From positions 82,381,619 to 82,427,211 of the forward strand of contig NC_068981.1 in NCBI RefSeq assembly GCF_001194135.2: a DNA stretch of 45,593 bases, in the 5' to 3' direction. Positions within the stretch are counted from its first letter, which is position 1; the number at the start of each line of letters is the position of its first letter. This document shows positions 35,423-45,593 of this stretch, piece by piece. The notes under the pieces were generated by a model. The model was not told the origin of the DNA, ran no database searches, and saw nothing but the letters and a program-made list of their open reading frames with translations. This stretch comes from Octopus bimaculoides. Taxonomy: Eukaryota. Both the position numbers and the translations under genes were made by a program.

Positions 35423-35740
35423 GACCAGACATAACAATTATAGATAGGGAAATTCGAAGTTGCTTACTGATCGACCGTTTGATTCCAGGATCGTAAAAAA
35501 AGTACGAAAAAAATCCAAAGTTGGATCATTAGAACAGTAAAGGTTCTGCCTATAATAATTGGTACGTTGGGAACAGTAAGCAAAGATACAGACAAATAGC
35601 TGAAGGAGATTTGGAATAGAACGCCCTGTAGAGTTCCTACAGAAAAATTTGTCTCTTAGAGATAGCAAAGGTTATCAGGAGGGCACTAAGCAATTAAAAA
35701 ACTACTGAATAACCCGCTACCCACATAAATCCTACAAGGA
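35415..35740 (+). mobile_element. Second R4/Dong-like RLE LINE 3' fragment
   Basis: NRPDITIIDREIRSCLLID, VKVLPIIIGTLGTVSK, EFLQK, IAKVIRRAL; the 3' UTR motif cccgctac is shared with 30352-30359. Confidence 0.8.
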
Positions 35741-35744
35741 ATAA

Positions 35745-35870
35745 GACTGAACCTGCGACATAACAGACTGATAGAATAAGTACTTGAATCGATTCGCTTT
35801 ACTGAAGACCTTCAAGGCGGTGACCCAGCATGGCTGCAATCCAATGACTGGAGAAGAGAAATGAGAAAAG
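35745..35870 (+). mobile_element. SINE family B, 3' fragment
   Basis: gatagaataagtact...caaggcggtgacccagcatggctgcaatccaatgactg. Confidence 0.7.
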
Positions 35871-35890
35871 ATGTAAAGTGTGAATAAGTT

Positions 35891-35930
<40 letters not shown>

Positions 35931-35944
35931 TGTGTGTGGATATG

Positions 35945-36055
35945 TATGTGACAAGAAGCTTGCTTTCAAACCGCATGACTCTGGGTTCAATCGAACTACG
36001 TGACACCTTCAGCAGGTGACTTCTACTATAGCCTCGGGCCTACAAAAGCCTTGCG
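35945..36055 (+). mobile_element. SINE family B head (runs into a gap)
   Basis: gaagcttgctttcaaaccgcatgactctgggttcaatc...cttctactatagcctcgggcc. Confidence 0.8.
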
Positions 36056-36501
36056 NNNNNNNNNNNNNNNNNNNNNNNNNNNNNNNNNNNNNNNNNNNNN
36101 NNNNNNNNNNNNNNNNNNNNNNNNNNNNNNNNNNNNNNNNNNNNNNNNNNNNNNNNNNNNNNNNNNNNNNNNNNNNNNNNNNNNNNNNNNNNNNNNNNNN
36201 NNNNNNNNNNNNNNNNNNNNNNNNNNNNNNNNNNNNNNNNNNNNNNNNNNNNNNNNNNNNNNNNNNNNNNNNNNNNNNNNNNNNNNNNNNNNNNNNNNNN
36301 NNNNNNNNNNNNNNNNNNNNNNNNNNNNNNNNNNNNNNNNNNNNNNNNNNNNNNNNNNNNNNNNNNNNNNNNNNNNNNNNNNNNNNNNNNNNNNNNNNNN
36401 NNNNNNNNNNNNNNNNNNNNNNNNNNNNNNNNNNNNNNNNNNNNNNNNNNNNNNNNNNNNNNNNNNNNNNNNNNNNNNNNNNNNNNNNNNNNNNNNNNNN
36501 N

Positions 36502-36554
<53 letters not shown>

Positions 36555-37259
36555 AAAAGAGAGAGAAGTTGAACAGTGAATGAAATCCGAAATTTTACTA
36601 GATTTTTTCCGAAATCTGAGTCAGCAGAACTTCCATTGTATTAAAGAATCAGAGAAACCCTATAAAGATTGTTCTACAGATTAAACCGATACACGATGTG
36701 TTTACTAGTATTGCGCTAACAGACGATAAGAAGCCCCAACATTTTGTTAGCCGTCCAGTGAAATATACCGTCAAGTAATGTTACTTTCTTCCATGGTTAG
36801 CTATATAGTGTTTTGTTCTTCTCATAAACCTATTTCTCTTTGATATTCGAGCTTTTAAGTGTTCATTAATTGACTATATAATTGAAATTCTGTACTTCCT
36901 TACAAGGACTATATTTCCAGCTGGTAATGATGGTGGGTGGTTCTTTATAGTTTGTAGCAGCAATAAAACGAATGAAAATACAGGAAAAGAACAGTGAAAA
37001 TAGTACTCTTTTACTGATTGAGGGAGTTCTAGAACGTATACTCTAAGCAGTCTGAAATACATATTGCATGCATATGCATACTTTTCTATGTATCTGCATA
37101 TAATCATGTATGTATGTATGTATGTATGTATGTATGTATGTATGTATGTATGAATGTAAGTATGTGTGTATGAATATATTGGCATGTCTGTGCGCATTTG
37201 TGAGTCTATATGTTTCTTTGTACGTGCGTACGTTTGTATGTACTGGGATCAGATCTAAA

Positions 37260-37306
37260 GAATTCCCATTTCTCTGAGTCTATAAGCGATGATGCTAGTA
37301 AGAAAC
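37260..37306 (+). repeat. 47-bp inverted copy of 31566-31612 (Tx1 RT segment)
   Basis: 42/47 identity to the reverse complement of 31566-31612. Confidence 0.85.
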
Positions 37307-37867
37307 CTGCACAGTTTACTCTTGAAACATTAACACCATACATATTTATACGTTTCTGTATATGTATGTGTATGTTTATATGTGTGTTTACATGCATTAG
37401 ACAGCTCATTAAAAAAGCTAAGAAATACTTGAAGGATTTCAAATACAGGTATTGATACATTGCTATAGCATATTCTTAATAGAGATTATTTGTTTTATTC
37501 ACTGGGAAATAAAGAATGTAGCCTTGATATAATTTACAGTTCGTTGACAACTCATATGCAAAAATGTATTCTCTGTCATCGAAGAGAATGGAAATCAAAT
37601 CGCTAATTAAATCCGACACAAATGACTAGGTAGTCTATTTTTGCAGGTGTTGTATAAACTTTTACTTTGTTGGAAAGAAGAATTTGTCAGAGGCCGTGCT
37701 CTAATGAATAGTCAACCTATATCGAAACAACGGCTGTACAATTCCGTTTATTTCTGTATGCGCGGAAAAAATAAGGAAACATATTCTCTACATCTGTTTA
37801 CAATTCCATACCAAAAAAGTGCTAGAGGTCGTAGTTTAATTATTTCGTGTATACATACATACATACA

Positions 37868-37920
<53 letters not shown>

Positions 37921-38250
37921 GCAGATAAACACACACACACACACACACAAACGCATGTATATTTCTGCATACGTGTGTGTATGTGTGTAATTGAATGAAT
38001 GTGCGCATGAGGCTACATTCCACAGATAAGAACCACCGAGCGTGTGTCGAATATAACATGATATGCTTAGACTTCTGATTAAACCCAGGGACGAATAGGC
38101 TTCGTCCATTTACGCGTGTTAGCAATTTCAGAGCTACTCTGCTTCTCTTTGTTTTCTGTTTCAAAATGAAATCATACTGTGCTTTTACAATCGAAACACC
38201 AAGTTTTCACACACGTATGTTTATATTACACACACACACATACACACACA

Positions 38251-38283
<33 letters not shown>

Positions 38284-39094
38284 CCGATACACACATATGA
38301 CTCACGTATATTTATATCAACATAATACATAGATATATGCTTACATCCATATATTTATGTGTGTGTATATATGCGTGTGTGTTTGTGCTTGTGTGTGTAT
38401 TGAATAATGTATGTATTTGTTTTTTGCATCTGCGCTGAGAGGTTAATTACACAAAATATTTCAAAAATCTTATTATTCTCGTTTGGTTGACTAGTAAACA
38501 TAATGTAGAATTAAATAACAGGAATGCGTACAAGAATCTCTAGTGTTGAATTTCAACGCAAGGGAATCGAACCGAAAGAAAAAAAAAATATATATTCCTG
38601 GTGGATGGAAATATTATGTTTACGTACTCACACACACATACTCACACACTCACATACATGCATGCATGCATACATACATACATACATACATACATACACA
38701 TACACACATACGCATGACACATGCATACATATAAACAGAAATAAATATACACAAATGGTTTCCAAACAAACAGAGACATTCATTTGGAAACATTAAGCAC
38801 ACATGAAGCATTTGAAATACACATTTATGGTGGTTTTGTAAGCAAACACACAAGTTTTCCACTCGTTCAACATGTGTTTCTATACGTAAATTACATTAAG
38901 TAAAGAACTTGAAAATATGGCGCTTCGTAATTCGGATTTTGATATACTCCCTTGTGTAAAGATTCTGTCTTACGTTTCCTTAGATTCAATTTGTCGTTTT
39001 TTCTTTGTACAATACATACATACATGCATACATTCGTATTTACGCATGCGTATNNNNNNNNNNNNNNNNNNNNNNNNNNNNNNNNNNNNNNNNN

Positions 39095-39131
<37 letters not shown>

Positions 39132-40889
39132 ACGCGCACACACACACACACACACACACACATTGGTGTTTTAGATCTTTGTTTTAGTTGCTGTCGATGG
39201 TGTTGTCAAGCTAGTTTTATGTTTTATTAATATTATTGTAACTGTTGTTGTAGCTGTCTTCTTTTTTTATTGCTGTTGTAACTGCTGCTGCTGCTGTCAT
39301 TGTTATAGATGTCGTTGTTTTTACTGTTGTCCCGACTGTAAATTAACACATTTAATTTGGTTGCTCTTACTGTATTATATATTATGTTAGCAGAGACTGT
39401 GTAACATTGCGTTCTTTTCTCCCAACTGTGTGCAGTTAATACAATAAGTCATTATGTAGAAAATGATGTAATTATAGCTATGCTTTTCTTCTTAAAAATA
39501 CACTGAAATAAAGTGAGTTGAATAATATAACAGAAGTATTAGTACGTTTCTAAAATGTAAGCAGGTGGTATTTTTGTTTCCTTTGTCTAAATTCTTGAAT
39601 TACATATCGTAATAAATAGTCGTATTCTTTGAAGGAACAAGTTTTTTTTTATCCTTCTTTAAAAATGACTGATTTGTTTATTATGAGTCAGAAGTGAGGT
39701 TATCGTCTGTGACGCACAAATACTTTTGAGTCCTTTCACATTTTCTTATTTACACTTGGTGGTCTAAGCAGTTGATCGTCTGTACTCGTATATGGATTAG
39801 TTAATATACTGGATCTACCCACGCTCTCCGTTTAGTGTATACCTCGCCTGTATTTCTTATCTGCATAAACCGTGATTGTAGTTTAAAAATACACCAAAAC
39901 GAGGTGTATATAATTGGACTTATAAATTTTAGTCAGTAGCTTTATTATTAATACTAATCACAGTTACCTTTTCCTATTGAACGTATAACAACAAATAATT
40001 TATGTGGAGATGCTACTGATTAACTTCAAACCCTCTGGCTCGAAGTATTCCTAATGTATTCATCCACTATTTATTTAAAGCTTAATTTATATAGAATAAC
40101 AAAATCAAATGCTCTTTCTAAAACGTCAAATTGTATTTCTAATAGATCATAATGGTTACCTGGTGACTCCATCGCTGGAATGGATAAAAACTTCTTGTTT
40201 TTTTTTTTTTATACGTAGAAGTTGTTGAAATTAACAGTGTGATATTGAGTCTAGCCTAATACGAAACTATTTGGAGTACTAGCAAATAGAAGTACATTTG
40301 AAGTACAGCCATGTTTAATTCAACTTAGCTCAAAGAGACCGTTTAATGAAAGATAAATACTGTGTAAAATCTCTGAATTATAGCCATTTCGTCCTTTCTG
40401 TCATTGCGACTCAGGTTTGTTCTTGGATCATACATGAATTACGGTTACATTTATTTTTACCAATTGTTCTGTTTCTTTTTATAATTGTTTCTGCTACTCT
40501 ATAAAGTGCCTCTGTGTTTTTTTCCAGTCTCTTTAAACTTTGCATTTAAACATTTATCTCCTTTGTTTTTTTAGTGTCAAACGAAGCGATGTAATATTAA
40601 ACGCTGTCTTAGAATGGCATAATCCATTTATAGCTATACACCTTTAGTATCGTTAAACGAATATCAACGCATTTCGTTGAACGAAATTATTTGATTCAAA
40701 TAAACAATTCACAAGGTTGTGCGAGATTTCTGTAGAAAGCAAAGCCAGCTAATTGTTTAACTTTAATTGAATCGATAATACTACACCTAGTACTGATGAT
40801 AATGGTGGTGGTGGCGGTAGGTCTGTCGTAGTCTGTGAAAGAGGGTTTTGCAAATTTTTGACTGAACAACAAGCGCAAATAATTTGTTT

Positions 40890-41085
40890 AGAGTGATGAA
40901 ATCTATGTGCACCCTTTCTCCATCAAATCGACGTTGCCTGAACAGCTACACGTCACGTGTCGAGATGATCGCAAAGCAATGTGAGATGAAGTGTTTGCTT
41001 AAGCACAGAATGCACCACCCAATCCAGAATTTGATTCTCTCAATCTTGGGTGCAACACCGCATCCACAGGGCCATGCGCCTACAC
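40890..41085 (-). mobile_element. Decayed SINE family C
   Basis: gtgtcgagatgatcgcaaagcaatgtgagatgaagtgtttgcttaagcac...gggccatgcgcctacac. Confidence 0.7.
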
Positions 41086-41264
41086 TGTACCTAGTATTAA
41101 ACTGAAGTTGAATCCACTCACTACGTTCAAATCTGTGGAATACATATTAAGTTTTAAATATGTGTCTGGATTGAGAGATGTAATGCAACATTATTTTAAA
41201 GCATCAAACAAGTTTAGAACCACAAAATAAAATCCTTATGTAAATAAGGATATATATATTCTCG

Positions 41265-41385
41265 TGTTTGGTACTTATTCTATCGATATCTTTTGCCGCA
41301 CCACTAAGTTACGGGACATAAGCTCACTAAAACCGGTTGACGGTGGAGGTGGGAAAACACAGATTCAAACATGCGCGCGCGCACG

Positions 41386-41434
<49 letters not shown>

Positions 41435-41577
41435 GACGGGCTTCTTTCAGTTTCCGTCTACCAAATCCACTTAGAAGGCTTTCGTCGGCCCAAGGCTTAT
41501 AGTAGGGGACATTAGCCTAAGGTGGGACTGAACGCAGAATCGGTGAGTTGGGAAGTAAAATTCTTATCACACAGCCA
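41265..41577 (-). mobile_element. SINE family B, 3'-truncated, with internal (CG)(CA)(TA) tract
   Basis: gtacttattctatcga...gacgggcttctttcagtttccgtctaccaaatccac...cacacagcc. Confidence 0.85.
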
Positions 41578-43670
41578 AAAAGAAAAAAAAAATGAAAAGG
41601 AAATGAGAAAGAAACAAACCGTAGTAGACAGAAGAATAGATGTGGAAGAGAGATTGTAATGAAATACAGTTTCGAAGTGAGAGATGCCAATATGCCACCG
41701 CTATCTATATTTTATCAGTATTGTTACTGGGGTATACTAGGCACAACTGAAAGAAGATAAAATGACCCTCTGAGCATTTTCTTTGAACACAATGCAAGCG
41801 TTGTGTAAGACTCATACGTATTGAGTCTCTATCCTGACTAAAACTTAAATGAAAGAAATTAACATCTAGTACAATATCCTACTACATTTGTACAGATAGA
41901 TTATGCAGTGAGTGTTGCATTAGATGATGTTAAAATAGTTGGTTATCTGCTGTAATAATTACATGCGAGCAGTTAGAAGGTAAATGATGACCAATGAGGG
42001 TTACCCCAGATTGCATAATAAGAAAGAAGAAAACTGGAGTGGGAACATTGTTAAGTATTTTGCTACGGGATTTCATGTAGTTGAGTAACAAGTGAGAATA
42101 GGAAGTTGTATCAAGTTCATTATAAGAGAGTGTCGCTTAATGATTCTTGGGGTGTAGCTGTAAAAAAACAGATGGCGTCAGATCACGTATGCAAGCTGTG
42201 TAATAGCTGAGAGAGTTGACGAAAAATAAATAGGTAAAAAGAAAAAAAGGGAAAAGAAGAAGTAGTGATTTTACACGTACACACGCGCGCGCACATATTA
42301 CTTGTCTTTTAAGCGTTATGCGTAGAATAGATGTTGTTTCTCGTTATTTTCCCATCTTAATGCAGTACAAGTGAAATTTCACAAGATAAATTGCCTGTTG
42401 TGTCTTAACTTTTCACCAATCAGTTACTATAAAAGAAATGCTCGTTCTCTGTATTCCCAGCTGATTATGTATATTGACTATTGTGTATTGTTTATTGTAT
42501 GTCGTGTACATTGTGTGTACGCGTGTAAATGTCGAAAGGAGAGAGAAATATGTTGCAAACACTAGCATAAAGACATTTGCGCTGTCTGTAATAATGCAAG
42601 CATCAGTTTGAATAATTACGGTATAGAGAATCTTAAAAACACTTTAGCATTTATTTTGTTACATTTCAGTTGTTCAACGTCCCTAAGCTCCTTTCTCTTT
42701 TCATCTGTATGTACGCTAAGTGAGATATTTACACGTGAGATAATTATGCATGAGGCTGGCTTGGCATTGACAAAGAGCGAATGAAAAGAAGACAAATCTA
42801 CATGTTGGAGGTATTTTCTGTTGTAAATTCAGAGATATCAATGTATATTGCTGGTTATCATGTAAAATCTGATTTCTTTTGCAAGTATGATTCTGTTGTT
42901 AATGTAATGTTCGGCACGTTGTTGTAGACCCTTGAGGATATATTTTCAATTGGTCAAATGCTTAATCAAATAAGGTAGGAATTATTCAAATCAATGAATT
43001 ATTAGGCTTCGCAAGCTGAGTTTGAGAACTGATAAAAAAAAAAAAAAAGTTTATATTCTCTTTCTCACTAAATATTCATATTCATCTTAATTTCACTATC
43101 GAGATAAAAATGAACTTAGCCACTTCACAAGATAGATACCACTGGCTTAACATGGAGACCCTGGAGATGCAGTAGTTCGTACTAACAGAAGTAAAAAAGT
43201 GATAATAGAGATTATCAGCAAGTCTGTAGGGTATTCTGTATGAAAATAATTTCTTGATACTGAAGTAGTTGAAACTTCCTCTATTCTAAATTATTTTTCT
43301 AAAATTGATGCGTTTGCTGTTACGTAATATACTCATGTACATAAGAATATAAGAATCACATGAATAAATATGAAATATTGTCAAAAGTATGTGAACATAA
43401 ATCTCACAAATTATATATCACCTACTAAGTCAACCTGACCTACATGTATAAATCCGTACATAACTATACATTTGACGGGTTTTCTCGAAGAAAGGTGGCT
43501 TCTAAACTCACAATATATTAACTGCGGTTCATTTCCGACTCAAAGATATGAATGAGTGCAGATGGTAGACCGTAAGAAAGTTACCACCAAGATAAGTGCT
43601 TCGACAGGTCGAAGCATGTCGTTGGTATTTTGTTGAAACTATCTGAAAAGAGCTGTAGCTCTCAATTGTT

Positions 43671-44110
43671 GAGGGGTTCTCAACCGGGGTCCATATTAGA
43701 TTTTTGCGGGGTCCACGGATGCAATATAGTAAATTGGGAATCCACAGTAACTTTTCAGGGACCACGAAAAAATAGTGCTTCAGACCAGTAAAGTTTAAAT
43801 TGGTTTTGCATCCACAACACACAGATAATTTTAGCAATTTTTATACAACTCCTATTATTATATACTCTTTTACTCTTTTACTTGTTTCAGTAATTTGACT
43901 GCGGCCATGCTGGAGCACCGCCTCTGGTCGAGCAAATCGACCCCATGACTTATTCTTTGTAGGCCTAGTACTTATTCTATCGGTCTCTTTTGCCGAACCA
44001 CTAAGTTACAGGGACGTAAACACACCACCATCGGTTGTCAAGCGATGTTGGGGGGACAAACACAGACACACAAACATATATACACACACACATATCTATC
44101 TATCTATCTA

Positions 44111-44152
<42 letters not shown>

Positions 44153-44396
44153 ACAGGCTTCTTTCAGTTTCCGTCTACCAAATCCACTCACAAGGCTTTG
44201 GTCGGACCAAGGCTATAATAGAAGACACTTGCCCAAGGTGCCGCGCAGTGGGAATGAACCCGGAACCATGTGACTAGTAAGCAAGCTACTTACCGCACAG
44301 CCAAAAACTTTTTAAACATCGAATGACATTGGTGGTAAACCCTAGTAAAATAAAAGTGAAAGCGATCCATAGCGAAAAAATGGTAGAGAACCCCTG
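43671..44396. mobile_element. Non-autonomous hAT-like element (MITE) with nested SINE
   Basis: TIRs gaggggttctcaacc (43671-43685) and ggtagagaacccctg (44382-44396), 13/15 complementary; subterminal ggggtcca-type repeats; 8-bp TSD not recovered. Confidence 0.7.
43863..44302 (-). mobile_element. SINE family B, near full length
   Basis: tactcttttactcttttacttgtttcag...gaagacacttgcccaaggtgccgcgcagtgggaatgaacccgg...cacagcc. Confidence 0.92.
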
Positions 44397-45593
44397 ATTT
44401 AGACAATAAAAACCGTTTTATCGTTCTAACTTCTATGCCCCATGAACTGAACTCTAGTCTAATTAATAATTATTTATAAACGCAATATAATATCTTTATA
44501 AATTGTTGAAGAGAAAAATGAAACCAAAGGCAAACTTTTGGATCTGGTAATTTCAGTCCTCAAAACGCGTTATAATTCATGACAAGATATTAACAGTGAG
44601 AAGTTTGGTTCTTTTAAATCTGAAGCATTAAACCATTAAACACATTGTTTGTTATGAATTATGAGTTTTAGAGTAAGAGAAGGTTCATAAAGGTAGGTCA
44701 TTTTATCGTTTCTTTGTTCTTAAGAAACTCATGAGAATCATGATTTTCAGTTTTCCTGTACATATAAATCGAGTTCGTTTTACCATGTGTAGTACAGAAA
44801 TAGATGAATAAAGAGGAAGGTTGATACAGGGGGCGAGACGAGAGCAAATGGGGAGAGGCAGAAATAAAAACGAACCAACATAAAGTTAGATGCACTAAAT
44901 AAACGTGTTCGAGAGAGAGGGGGGGGGAGAGAGAGCGAGAAAGAGAGAGAGAGCAGAAGGAAAAGAAGTAGATACACAGACATATAAAGGCAAATGCACT
45001 AAAGAAGCGTTTTGTGATTTCTTATGGAAAGAGAACGATAGGGAGAGACTGAAGGAAGGAGGGATGGGAGTTAGGGAGAGAGCGANNNNNNNNNNNNNNN
45101 NNNNNNNNNNNNNNNNNNNNNNNNNNNNNNNNNNNNNNNNNNNNNNNNNNNNNNNNNNNNNNNNNNNNNNNNNNNNNNNNNNNNNACACACGCACACGCT
45201 CGCATACGCACGCACACGCTCGCATACGCACGCACACGCGCGTGCACACGCACACACATACATATATGCAGAGAGAAAATGAGAGAGAGAGACAGACGTA
45301 ATAATGAAGTATGGAGTTGCACATCACTCAATAAAATTTATTTTCTTCATACATTGAAGAAAATTCTTTCTCATTGATGAAAAACCTATCTATTCTTCAA
45401 TACTATATCTTGCAAAATACATTCTGTATTCTGTATGAACTCCATTGAAGCGAGCTCAAGATTTACCAGTCAAAGGAAGTGGCTAGCCGTGTCTTGATTT
45501 TAGGAGAATGCCTGTAAGGGATATGCCCGGATTTAAAATACCCATTTCTTTGCAATTACATATATACATACATATATATATATATATATATAT

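Noticed and set aside
37641-37928. tttttgcag acceptor with a 95-aa ORF
   Set aside because: Runs into a microsatellite; no recognisable protein or donor.
43597-43616. 9-bp perfect hairpin tgcttcgac-ag-gtcgaagca
   Set aside because: Short and isolated; plausible by chance in 45 kb.

Overview
Repeat-dominated, AT-rich eukaryotic DNA with 11 assembly gaps and no supportable host-gene exon. I recognise the SINE families and microsatellite load as typical of a cephalopod (Octopus-like) genome; this is unverified recall. Contents: many tRNA-derived SINE copies (three informal families A, B, C); a 5'-truncated, frameshifted Penelope-like element (RT + GIY-YIG, ~9972-11420); decayed LINE fragments of three types (L1/Tx1 RT, two R4/Dong-like RLE 3' ends, one Hero/NeSL-like RLE); Helitron-like and hAT-like non-autonomous elements; a 38-bp minisatellite; and many microsatellites. 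Most ORFs in the supplied track are artefacts of N runs or simple repeats. The most interesting locus is the Penelope element. Its 5' junction is a perfect 25-bp fold-back, and its 3' end carries a tRNA-like Pol III head, then a minimal hammerhead scaffold with a damaged core, then a T7 run, suggesting a Pol III/ribozyme/PLE composite. Two more PLE-type hammerhead remnants lie in the first kb. Other oddities: a Helitron-like element flanked by a 46-bp direct duplication, an internally flipped module inside it, SINE tail swapping, and a 47-bp inverted copy of a decayed LINE segment that shares its stop codon.
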